The notes beneath the pieces are model-generated. The model was not told the origin of the DNA and did no database searches. It saw only the letters and a program-made list of their open reading frames with translations. DNA of 27,381 bases from a bacterium. GTDB taxonomy: Bacteria > SAR324 > NAC60-12. A program made the translations under genes and the position numbers. Position 1 is the first letter of the stretch; every line of letters begins with the position of its first letter. Positions 1-10,336 of this stretch are shown here, piece by piece. The stretch lies in NCBI GenBank assembly GCA_965233585.1, contig CBDDTI010000540.1, positions 1-27,381 on the forward strand, written 5' to 3'.

Positions 1-202
1 TGAGGCATATGACGATAGGACCATGCAGTTACGACAAACGAGATGAGATTGTCAATGAATGCACCATGAATCTCGGTGATTGCATTGTCAATGTGCACAA
101 GATGATCTGTGGATCACGCTGCGCACAATTTGGTTTTCGTCCTAAAAAAACATACTCCGTGGACATCTTACTCAATTTCTAAATGCGTGAAATGATTTGG
201 GC

Positions 203-596
203 CTGCTGCTAAGGCTCCACCAGTGGCGCCCAGCGGAACTGCAAAATGGCCACTGCCCAGGCCGTGTTGGAGATGTGCTACGGCGTGTGGCTTTAGGATC
301 TGTCCAGCAACTGTGAAACTATCTCCTGGAAAACTCGTTCCCCAACAGCAGTCTTCCCATCTGGTACTTTGGCCATCCGGTGAAACGCTGTAACGAAATT
401 CACGGTATCAAACTCCATCTGGTGCATATTGCACAAATTCAGCAAATCACCTGCGGAGGTACTGGTGCTCAAACGCCGATTCAGTTTGGCATTCTCGGAA
501 TCTTCCACTCGTCGTCGTTGAGGTTTGGAGAAAATTGCATAGGCACCGCTATAGAAGGACTGCTTCGCAACCTTATCAAATCGCGTATCTGCCAGT
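203..596 (-). pseudogene. Disrupted OPR/HPR (RAP-domain-associated) helical-repeat protein exon; gene probably continues off the left edge
   Basis: The minus frame reads ...FDTVNFVTAFHRMAK...LLDRS*SHTP*HISNTAWAVAILQFRWAPLVE, then after a 1-nt shift ALAA to a GC donor at 201-202. PQxLSNTAWA and N-x-VTAxHRxAK resemble motifs of OPR/RAP proteins, which are expanded in alveolates. In-frame TAA at 293-295 and TAG at 278-280. Confidence 0.65.
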
Positions 597-1116
597 TTTC
601 AGAGGCTTTTTGGCTGCTTCAGCATTTTATCTCTTGTCTACAGTCGAGAAACAACTGTGAAAAGTTCTTTGAAAGTGAAGGCACATCCAAATTTGTCACA
701 AAAAACTTTGATGCAACGGGTCTCACAAGACCAGGCGGCTGCGTCGTCATTTCCTTCCTTTTCAGATTTGCGTGGATCCTCGCAACCAGCTTGCACAGGC
801 CCTTTTGAGTGACAAAGAGGAATGACATGCAACTTGAAGAGTGATGAAGAGTGATGAAGAGTTAAAACGATATTTGTGACTTCCATCCCATCTGGCTACA
901 GGCCATTGGCTAAGGGAAAAAACAAACCAAGTCATGCACACGCGTCGCCGCGTGGCACACAAACATGCAGCGCTTTCATCAAACAAGATTGAGACTCGTA
1001 CCATGCAGGGAAGCTGATGCAGCGGATGCAGCAAGTGCAACAAGCGCACTCCGCACAATGCCCATGTAGGAACACTCTTAGCAAAAAATGTTTGACAACT
1101 TTTCCGTTTCCAAGAA

Positions 1117-1153
1117 ATATATATATATATATATTATATATGTATATATATAT
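1117..1153. repeat. (TA)n microsatellite
   Basis: Nearly pure atatat run. Confidence 0.9.
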
Positions 1154-3489
1154 AAAGTCAATAAATGTGTCAACATGTTTAGAAGGCGCTGCTGGCAACC
1201 TCAATCAACAACATTTTTTTGGTATCTCTGACTGTAGGTGTTGACAAATGACAGGTTGCATCGCCGACTACAAGATGGCCCCAGGGATCTCGGCTCAAAG
1301 ATCAGGATCAAACTACGATAAGCTTCGTGAGCTTCAAATTGTGTGAACAAGTTTGTCTACATTCTACATTCTACTGCATCATAGATAATCATAGATAATC
1401 ATACTTTAAGGTTTGGGTCTGATATCACTGTTCTATACCAAACAATGAGATGTTGCGACAGATTTGTTGTCACCTTCGGCTGGTCTCAATCATATCATCT
1501 GTGCCTACCCCAAAAAAACAAAAATAGAGCCAAAAGTGAGGTGGAGCATTGGAAGAGATGCCATGGCATCTGCAAAATTGTAAGCCACATGGAGGATGGT
1601 TGAAATTCATCTACACCACCAACCACATTACCACCATGACAAAACAACGATGACGACGACGACAACAACAACAAACAGAGCAAGCGGGCGACATTCTAGG
1701 CAAAGGAAGGCGTGCTTGCTAGGACTTAGGACTTTCCATCTTAGGAGAATGCAGAAGCACAGGAAGCAAGACCTGAAAAGACCTGAATATGTTGGCAAAA
1801 GAAATACAGGGTTCAGCGCTGGGTTCAGCTGGTCTGTCTTTCTCCCAGCGCAACTCCATCCGAAGCTTTTAGCTGTCCAGCATCTTTGTGCTGCGACGAT
1901 CAGATTCCATGAATTCTCGTCCCTTCAAAGCTCTTCGTTGTCAACCTGTAAAGATCTGCAAACATAACAAAAAGAGCAAAGATGGTCAAATGGTTGAAAT
2001 CTTTTGAGCTGTGCAAGATGTCTTCCTCTCATGTTTCCCCCCATGCTATTGCAACCGCATCGTCAACAATTCCTAACAATGCCTCCACCCGAGGCCCAGA
2101 GAAGTAGCTCAATGCCTGAAGGTCAGGCAAATTGGAGAAAGGTCCGCCAATTTCAGCTTGCTCATGCATCTTCACAAAGGACTTCCTGGAAGGCCCCTCT
2201 TTTGGAAGGCCCCCCTGGTCAGGTTGATGACTTGACATCTGACTCATCTGACCCAATTCAGGCGGAGGCCTCTTGGAGCTGTCGGCTCGTCTTGAGCACA
2301 GTTGGCAGAGCCTGACACACTAGTTGATCATAGTTGATCATCGTTGATCATAGTTGATCTAGTCCGCGACTCAAGTCATGCCTTGACTAAAGACTCTTGC
2401 TACGCTCAAGAGATGCCTCGATGCTCCCCTCGCCTTTTTGACTCCCTTGTCTTCGAGGAGCTCCAACAAATCCGACAGCATCTCATGCAAAGAGCCACCT
2501 CGCAGCTGGCGCAGCAATGCAGCAATGCGGCAATGCTGTGTTGGGTGATACGATGTGATACGCATGGAAGTATGATGATTATGATGTGCAAGACCAAAAC
2601 TCGACCAAAAAATGTGCAGGACCTGTTTGGAAGATGCGTTTTCCCTCAAAGCAAACCTCAGTGTGAAGCAGTGAAATCATTTGGCTTCGTGAAATTTGTG
2701 AAATAATCCTTCTTTCCCTTGCCGGCTTCCCCGTCATGGCAACCACACTCCTTCCACTGAAATAGCTGAGTGTCTTTTTTCAACGTCTGTTGAAAATCTT
2801 TGGCATTCGAAGTCCCCAATGTGGAAGATGCCTCCAATTGCTTCAAACTTCAGTCAATTTCTTCAACAATGAAATGCGCGGGGTGGTGTCATCCATTGCC
2901 TCCTTAACGGCATCCACCAAAGGGCCATTGATGCTATGATAGCCTGCCACGCGAAACCAACTCTTGTGCTCTTCAAGCGCACTACTTTTGACGACAAACA
3001 GTGGGATACCGACAAAGAAGTTACGGCAGTTACGATGCCATTTGCACCACCATGCCCCACCATGCCCCACCTTCTCGGCCGAGATAGTTCATAGTGAAAT
3101 CCTCAAGCAGTCGACTTGCATCACCCGTGGAACAAGCTGGAAGAATTAAAAACACGTATAGTGCTATATTTCAAACGGACCATTTCGTACAATCCCCAAG
3201 AGATCCCAAGAGTAAGTCTTCACTATCTTCACTTCTTTCATCTCTATTCCAAAACCTGATTCTCAGCCTTTCTCAGCGATTATCCGCTCTCAGCGATTAT
3301 CAACCTGTCCTTTGCCAAACCAGTGAGGCCCTTCTGCACTCCCAGCAAACTCAGCCAGTCGTCATTGAACTTTTTGGCCTTTTCTGACGCTGAGTCCTAC
3401 ACAGTCGCACAGTCGCTTCAACATTTCTCAACATCCCAAAAAACACGTTCAAAATCGAAGGAGTTGTTTTTTCTCATGATGTACTGACA

Positions 3490-4575
3490 AACTCAGCAGT
3501 TGCTCAATGAAGTCGTTTACTGTTGACCTTGCTTTTTCGCACCCTGCTTTCCATCGTTCTTCCGCTCGCAATCAGCAGTACATTCAAGCCCTATACCGAT
3601 GCTTTGGGTTCAAAGCAAGTTTGTCCTTTCTTTGTTTTCTGGTCTGGGACTGTTTTCCCTGCTATTTGCAGCATTGTGGAGTTAACACTTGCAATTTTCA
3701 CAGTATTTGTAGCATATTGAATCTGAACTCCATAATGTGCACATTTCTTCTAGCAGCTTCTTGTTGTGGCAAACATTTTTGCAACATCGTGCAGCTGGAA
3801 CTTGTCACGTGGTTGGTATATGATTCCGGTTCTTTCTCTTGTTGGTTCATGTTGAATTCTGTCTTTCCTGGCATTCTTTTTGATCTTCTTTTTTGTATTT
3901 CTGTTTCCCTTGTTGTTTGCAACGTGCTTGCAGCATATTGAAGGTAGAATCTTTGGCTTAAAAGGTATTTGCAGCTTGCCAAAGCCAAGAATCCCAAAAA
4001 TCCAAGCCACCATCAAGCTCAGGAAACCACGGGAAGTCCGAACCTGTCAGTTCCATTAATTTTGACCTTGCATGTCTATTATTTTTACGCTATTTGGGCT
4101 ATTTGCACGAATTTTGTTTTCTTTTTTCAGCTCAGGAGTTTTGCTTGGAAACATGATTTCACAGCAAGTGCATGCTTTGGGATATGCAATGCAAATTTTG
4201 TGGTGCAGAAGGGGGGTTGGGGGAGGGCACAGCGCCTCTTCTATTGTTCTTCTTCACGTTGTCGTTGGAGTTTTTCATAATTGTTCTTGGTGTTCCTGTT
4301 GTTCCAGTTGTTCCTGTTGTTGTTGCTGTTGTTGCTGTTGCTGCTGCTACTGCTGTTGTTTGTTGTTGTTGATGTTGCTGCTGTTGCCGCTGTTGCCGCT
4401 GTTGCCACTGTTGTTGTCGTTGTCGTTGTGGCTGTGGCTGTGGCTGTTGCTGTTGCTGTTGGTGTTGGTGTTGTTGTTGTTCTGCCTCAAACAATACCAA
4501 AGGTCAAAACGCCAAAAAACAAAAAACACCGAAAAAAACAAGAAAGCACACTGCCCTCCCAAATATTGCATTGCT
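3490..4575. mobile_element. Possible ~1.1 kb interspersed repeat inserted in an intron, containing a trinucleotide microsatellite
   Basis: This intron (3397-4683) is several times longer than the gene's other introns, is T-rich, and contains a G-rich motif (4211-4228) and a GTT/GCT tract. No transposase or clear terminal inverted repeats (TIRs) were found. Confidence 0.3.
4282..4481. repeat. Compound (GTT/GCT/GTC)n trinucleotide microsatellite
   Basis: gttgttgctgttgttgctg... over ~200 nt; it produces the spurious polyQ/polyL/polyC ORFs in the track. Confidence 0.92.
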
Positions 4576-5246
4576 GACAAATTCTTTTTGCCCTGCGAGT
4601 TTTTACTTGTTGATTTGGTTTACCCAGTCGTTTTCCATGTTTTTCCATGTCTTTCCATGTCTCTTTGCATGTTTTTTCATGGCCTTTCTGAACCGCTCCT
4701 GGCCATTGCTCTTCAGCTCAGCCGTAAGGCCATCAAAAAGCGCCAGTCCCGCATCCTGGAAGCTCTTCACCTCGAAATTTTGCACACAACGTGTCTAATC
4801 CGTGTCTAATCCGTGTAGACAATATATGATAAGTTATGATAAATTATGATATGATAATATATATGATAAATTATGATAATATGTTGAGGATTAGACACGA
4901 ACACACATCACATGATGACATTCTCAACATCCCACCTTGGTCAAAACATCTACCACGGATGCCTCACTTACCTCAAAAGCTGCGCAGGTTCTGCTCAGAG
5001 CAGGCTTGCAAACGATGCGAACGACGCAGTCGAGGCAGATTTCCAATCTTCTGATCTCAATTTCATGAATTTGCCCTTTCGCGTTGCCTGCGACAGAAAA
5101 AATCAGCCTCAAATTTCTTCACGGTTTCAATTTGTCTGCTGTTGTTTGCTGTGTCTCAGGCTCCCACCACCAGGATGACCAGAAACAGGACATTTCTCAA
5201 GCGCGCCATGCCGCCTTGCCGGGCCCTGCCGGCCCTGCCTGCCACG

Positions 5247-5260
5247 CTTGAGCCGATGCA
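5247..5260 (-). promoter_or_regulatory. Possible relic of the dinoflagellate spliced leader
   Basis: Minus strand tgcatcGGCTCAAG ~38 nt upstream of ATG 5209. Confidence 0.4.
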
Positions 5261-5879
5261 TCGAGTCAATGCATTGCTGGTTCCTTTGTGATCTTTTACT
5301 GTGCTGCTGTGCTTACCATTCTCCATGAAACAAAATACAGAAACGAAGACATCGGAAAATCAACGACTTTTCTGAGCCGTTCATTGTGGTTGTGGTACTT
5401 GTCTCTATTCTAGAGACAAATCAACAAATTCGCGGTCATGCTTTGGTCTAAAGCCATAGCACCTTAAGTGCAGAATTCGTTGCTCAGCCCACATTCCGCA
5501 CCCGCGGGAGTGACTAGTTGGGTTGCGCTGTCAAAGCATCTTGTGATATCGAATATATATATATGAATATATCGAATCTCAAATAAACATCCATGATCAA
5601 ATGTACGGTTTTAACGTGCTCTACAATGTGAATTCATGTGAATTTCGACGAATTTCATGGTCATTGTGCCCATCAGTGAGCGCGCCCCCTCTAACAATGG
5701 TCTCACAGGACAATTCCGTTGCATGTTTGTGATCAAGTCCTTCACCTGCAAAGTTTGGTGCAATCAGGAGATAGAGCTACTGAATAGCTATTTTCAATAG
5801 CTACTGAATCCAAATTTGCTGGATCTAAATGGCCTACCATGTTGGATCATGTTGGCCCAATGTTGGTATGTTGGAAATT

Positions 5880-7243
5880 GGTCATGACGGCATCAACTCC
5901 TTGCAGACAATGCAGACAAAGCCAGGCGCTGTCGCCATGGATTCACACCTTGAGAAGCAGCTCAACACCACCGTAAAAAGAAACGGCACTTCGAAGTTTG
6001 AAGACTTCTCTGAAGCAATTCATGGCTGTAGGGCACTGACCAGACTGGTGATCTCCTGTGATCAGGAAACTTAACTGAAACATAAAGACATAATAAGACA
6101 TAAAGCAATAAAACAAACAAAACAATGATAAACCAATGATAAAACTGATAAAACATGATAAAACGAACATCACGAAGGGTGCGAAATGGTGTGAAGGCCA
6201 TCCCAAAGCGATGCAAAGAGATCCGAAACGAAACCCCATTCTCCTCCCAAGCGAAGAGCTGGGAACCTCGAACTGTCAACTTCGTCGGCACAGCCACAAA
6301 GAAACGAAAGAAAAGGCATGTCCAAAGGCATGTCCAAAGGCACCTTGAGACGAAAAACATTGCCTCATTTGAACTTATTTGAACTTATTTGAAACGATTT
6401 AAAGTGATTTGAAGCGATTTGTGATGAGGCGGGTGGACAACTTTCAGCGATGACTTCCAAACAACATAAACGGGGGCATAAACAATTCACAAACGTGCCG
6501 GTCTTTCCGTGACTCACAGTGCTGTCACAGTGAAAACCTCCCTGAGTTCTGACTTCTCTCTGAGGTTTCGGTTTCCGTGTTTTTGTCGTTCCGGATTCAA
6601 ACACGGACACCGCTGACCTGCGCTGTTCCCACGGCCGAACCTTGGAGAGATGTGACGTCACCAGCACAGGGAGACAGGTTGTTTAGACGAGATCTGAAAA
6701 AAAACACCAAAAAAAAAGAGACATGAGAAAAAAGAACACTTATGAAAGTATATGAAGGTATGAAATCTCAGAGTTTCTTCGTTTCTTGAAATTCAAGTCA
6801 ACTTTCAAGCCAAGGACAAAGAAACTGAACAACGAATGCAGAGATTCAAGCTACGGGAATGCTGACTCCGTTACTCCGTTTCTCACTGCTCCAAATGTCT
6901 AGGGCACTGACGGCGCTTTTGGCATCCTTTTTGTCGTCTTCGATCTTCTTCTTCCAGTTGCTGTCTGTAGCTGCTAGCTTTGCCGCCCAACCAGTAGACA
7001 CCTGTTGATGAGCTCACAGAGCAGAAAGCATTGGATATCGGAAGATATCGGAAGCATCCGAAACGTCGAAAGTTTCAACAACTCGGAAACGTACAGTGAC
7101 TGAATGTGACTCACAGCATTGAAAATCATATGAATAAATGGAATAGACAATATAGATGAACAAATTAAACAAATGGTATCACCCACGTATCGCCCGCCCA
7201 TCGCCCATGGCGCCTCTGGCAATGTCTGCATGGTGGCTGCCAT
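5880..7243 (-). CDS. Small multi-exon hypothetical protein (3' exons uncertain, possibly degraded)
   Basis: Exon 7187-7243 (MAATMQTLPEAPWAMGGRY, GT donor) joins in phase to an exon starting at 7001 (VSTGWAAKLAATDSNWKKKIEDDKKDAKKRR). Further candidate exons lie at ~6538-6640, ~6267-6343 and ~5949-6056. Confidence 0.45.
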
Positions 7244-7373
7244 TCTGGGGCAGGCATCTGCCTGACGAAGACGTCATGGTAAGGACACAGTATGTGCCAA
7301 AAACAATGTATATCAATCAATACGATATCTATATATTGTCTATGCTATTCTCATCCCAATGTGATCCAATCTG

Positions 7374-7463
7374 TGACCAGCAGACACATGCAGACACATA
7401 AAAGTCATCAAGAGGGAAACCATCGGAATTCAATTCAACAAATGGCGCAAAGCGTTCAGGGGC
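7374..7463 (-). pseudogene. Truncated tandem copy (5'UTR and signal-peptide start) of the Cys-rich gene
   Basis: tgaccagcagacacat..aaa.tcatcaaga.ggaaaccatcggaatt matches 8515-8561, and caacaaa..gcgcaaagc.ttca.ggg matches 8586-8613. ATG at 7423 reads MVSLLMTFMCL, then a 10-nt duplication breaks the frame. Confidence 0.8.
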
Positions 7464-7549
7464 ATACGCAATCTAAAGAAGTCACTAGCGGCAACGCTTT
7501 TCTGGTGTCGCACTGTGTCCACTGCAGTCGAGGGCACGACTTCAACTTA

Positions 7550-8554
7550 CTACCAATCTGTGGTCATGCAGCACTGGTTGTTGCCAAGGTAGGTCCAGGC
7601 GCTAGAGCAAAAGTTGGAGCTGCTTTTGGTGCAGGAGGCCTTTTTGGTCGTGACACATTTGTTATTGCCGAGGTACGTCCAGTCACCATTACAAAAGTTG
7701 GAACTGCCCTCCACTTCAGTGATCCATACTTGTTGATCAGAGGTCAAACAGCACTGGTTGTTGCCAAGGTAGGTCCAGGGGCCAGAGCAAAAGTTGGAGC
7801 TTCCTTCGGTGCATTTTGCCCACTTGGAAGTGACACATTTGTTGTTGCCGAGGTACGTCCAGTCACCATTACAAAAGTTGGAACTGCCCTCCACTTCAGT
7901 GATCCATACTTGTTGATCAGAGGTCAAACAGCACTGGTTGTTGCCAAGGTACTTCCAGGGGCTAGAGCAAAAGTTGGAGCTTCCTTCGGTGCATTTTGCC
8001 CACTTGGAAGTGACACATTTGTTGTTGCCGAGGTACGTCCAGTCACCATTACAAAAGTTGGAACTGCCCTCCACTTCAGTGATCCATACTTGTTGATCAG
8101 AGGTCAAACAGCACTGGTTGTTGCCAAGGTAGGTCCAGGGGCTAGAGCAAAAGTTGGAGCTTCCTTCGGTGCATTTTGCCCACTTGGAAGTGACACATTT
8201 GTTGTTGCCGAGGTACGTCCAGTCACCATTACAAAAGTTGGAACTGCCCTCCACTTCAGTGATCCATACTTGTTGATCAGAGGTCAAACAGCACTGGTTG
8301 TTGCCAAGGTACTTCCAGGGGCTAGAGCAAAAGTTGGAGCTTCCTTCGGTGCATTGGGCCCACTTGGACGTGCAACAATTTCCATTTCCAAGGTATTTCC
8401 AGTCTTCATCGCAGAAGTTGGAGCTTCCTGTTTTGCAAGTCATGTGATTCTTCTCACCTTCATCGCTTGTGAGAGCCAGATCTCCCCCAACCCTTGTGGC
8501 TGTCACACATTTCATGACCAGCAGACACATAAAATTCATCAAGAAGGAAACCAT
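7550..8554 (-). CDS. Intronless secreted cysteine-rich repeat protein (334 aa, 10 copies of GSSNFCxxxWxYLGNNxC)
   Basis: Uninterrupted ORF from ATG to TAG, followed by TAA. Hydrophobic N-terminal signal peptide (MVSFLMNFMCLLVMKCVTA-TR). Ten ~30-aa repeats arranged as 60-aa dimers, with a near-perfect 180-bp DNA period. Confidence 0.9.
   Translation of the reverse strand: MVSFLMNFMCLLVMKCVTATRVGGDLALTSDEGEKNHMTCKTGSSNFCDEDWKYLGNGNCCTSKWAQCTEGSSNFCSSPWKYLGNNQCCLTSDQQVWITEVEGSSNFCNGDWTYLGNNKCVTSKWAKCTEGSSNFCSSPWTYLGNNQCCLTSDQQVWITEVEGSSNFCNGDWTYLGNNKCVTSKWAKCTEGSSNFCSSPWKYLGNNQCCLTSDQQVWITEVEGSSNFCNGDWTYLGNNKCVTSKWAKCTEGSSNFCSGPWTYLGNNQCCLTSDQQVWITEVEGSSNFCNGDWTYLGNNKCVTTKKASCTKSSSNFCSSAWTYLGNNQCCMTTDW
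7566..8430. repeat. 180-bp coding tandem repeat (~5 copies)
   Basis: Blocks 7801-7980, 7981-8160 and 8161-8340 are identical apart from a 2-nt K/T codon variant. Confidence 0.95.
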
Positions 8555-8620
8555 CGGAATTGAAAGACAGACCGAAGTCTTGTTTCAACAAACTGCGCAA
8601 AGCTGTTCAAGGGTGAAATG

Positions 8621-8630
8621 CTTGAGCTAG
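8621..8630 (-). promoter_or_regulatory. Possible relic of the dinoflagellate spliced leader
   Basis: Minus strand ctaGCTCAAG followed by cattt, ~67 nt upstream of ATG 8554; DinoSL ends in CCATTTTGGCTCAAG. Confidence 0.4.
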
Positions 8631-8662
8631 TCAGCAGCGAAGGCTTGTCACATTCTCACATG

Positions 8663-9982
8663 TCATGCTGCACTCGGGGATTTTTTGCCGATTCTTTGTG
8701 GGCCGTTTGGGTCATACGGATTTAGCTCTTCTGTGATCTTTCGTGCGGATTTTGGTGATGTCCGACCCGACTCTGAGCCTCTGAGGCCCATGACTGGTTG
8801 GGGTCCACACTTGCCTGTAGACATCACCACATTTGACAAACTCTTTTTCATGATAAAAAACATGATACAGTATACACATGATGCACATATGCCGAAGCTC
8901 CATCGAAAAACAAAGGAACTTCAGTGAAGACTTGGTAACTTGGACCTCCGCAGTGAAACCACTGGCTGTGGTTTCTGTACCTCGTGTTGCGTGGAGCGAT
9001 GTGCCGATGTGATGCCTATGTGCTGCCCTGGAGTGCTCTGGGGGCTCGGCAGGCGATGGTCTTGCGGAAGTCCACGGAGTGACGAGAGTCTCGCTTGGAC
9101 ATTTGGACCCCGGTCAACACCTCACATCTTCGTTCACAAAACAACTCATCTTCCCTCGCAACTTCCATCGCATCTTCCATCGCATCTTCCATCGCATCTT
9201 CCATCGCATCTCATCACATCTCACATTCTCTTAAACATGGCCATGCCATGCATGATCTTGATCTTGATTTTCACAGGAACCCGCTGATGTGTTGATCTAT
9301 GGAATATGATTCGGATCTTCCACCACAAAGACCCGCAAGACATCGCAAGACATCGCAAGACGCACGGGTTGAGCGTGGCCTCACTGAAGGCACTGCACGT
9401 TGTTGTGTTCGGAGTTGGCATCGGCAACCTACGTCGTGCGAGGTCGTGTCGAAGGAGCAACAGTTTCGGGAAACACAAACGGATCAAAATCTGCCAATTT
9501 CTGGATCCAGAAGGATTGAAGATCAACTTGACAGTTTTTGAGAAAACACAAAGCACTCTAAGTGCAGGTGTGGTTGAAGTGCCTATGGTTCCACTTCCAT
9601 TCCATTCTACAATACCATTGGGCCATTATGTTCAAATGGGGCGCCTACAACAAGGCAAGACAAATCAAAACTGAACCAGATGGAACACATATGAACAAAT
9701 AAAAGCAGTTGATTTTACGTTGATTTCATTTGATTTCTATTTCACTTATTTCACAATTGATTTGATCTTTCAGCCGTCAGCTTCCCTTGCAGATGATCTT
9801 TAAAGCTTGAGTCTAACTTGCGTCTAACGCCTCCCAAAGGCATCGAAGGAGTTCACATAGTCCATGTCCAAACGCTGCGTAGCTCGTGTGAGACCTTGGC
9901 AAACCCAGTGGAAACCCTTCCAGTTGAACCCGGTTGAACCCGACAACACTCGACACTTGCTGTCGAGCTTCGCTTCGTCACC
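8663..9982 (-). CDS. Probable multi-exon hypothetical protein (fragmentary, phases unresolved)
   Basis: Exon-like blocks bounded by AG|G acceptors: ~9824-9982 (TQRLDMDYVNSFDAFGR), ~9028-9120 (VLTGVQMSKRDSRHSVDFRKTIACR), ~8946-8980 and ~8663-8778 (SARKITEELNPYDPNGP...). Confidence 0.35.
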
Positions 9983-10336
9983 TGGCAATCGAAGTGTACA
10001 CCGTGTATACAGTGTATCTCTGAAACAAAAAACCCACACAAGTATACTAAGAATATACTAAGAATATACTAAGAATGCCAAGTATACGTATGCACAATAT
10101 GTTTTGATGTGTTTCATGATGTTTCATGTACTGCAAATACATTCGATTACTTCCCACTACACGTCCTTACATGTCTATCTCTCTCTATCAATCCATCCCT
10201 ACTTTTGTCCTACTCTCACCTATACATACATACATACACTTACAGTCACTTACACACAGGTTTTTGAGCTTTCTGCAATTTCCTGCGTTGAGCATCCGAG
10301 ATCAACCAGCCCCCGAGGGGTCAACCACGACCATGA

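Larger units (their letters stand above)
1790..5209 (-). pseudogene. Multi-exon gene for a putative secreted protein, disrupted by frameshifts and stops
   Basis: ATG at 5209 (MARLRNVLFLVILVV, signal-peptide-like). Exons 4972-5087, 4684-4770, 3330-3396, 3181-3255, 3071-3136, 2727-2943, 2623-2656, 2382-2498, ~2000-2311 and ~1790-1945. Phases match from 4770 to 2382 (VKSFQDAG...RFRK|DSASEK...VQK|GFGIEMKEV...RN|ACSTGDASRLLEDF...E|GYHSINGPL...). Frameshift at ~2845 (EV TGA versus EVLKQ), a second frameshift near 2260-2311, and in-frame stops further downstream. Confidence 0.65.

Noticed and set aside
203..2311. Stop-codon reassignment (TAA/TAG=Gln, as in some ciliates and an Amoebophrya strain)
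   Set aside because: Frameshifts co-occur with the stops, the Gln-rich intact exons at 10617-12655 use only CAA/CAG, and the Cys-rich gene ends normally in TAG TAA
3484..4581. 8-bp direct repeat ctgacaaa as the target-site duplication of a hAT-type element
   Set aside because: No convincing TIRs lie inside it; an 8-bp match over 1.1 kb of AT-rich DNA may be chance
4072..4809. PolyC/polyL and polyQ ORFs
   Set aside because: Translations of a trinucleotide microsatellite inside an intron
7292..8563. 423-aa plus-strand ORF
   Set aside because: Antisense shadow of the repetitive Cys-rich gene; the minus strand has the signal peptide, the conserved Cys pattern and the same orientation as all neighbours
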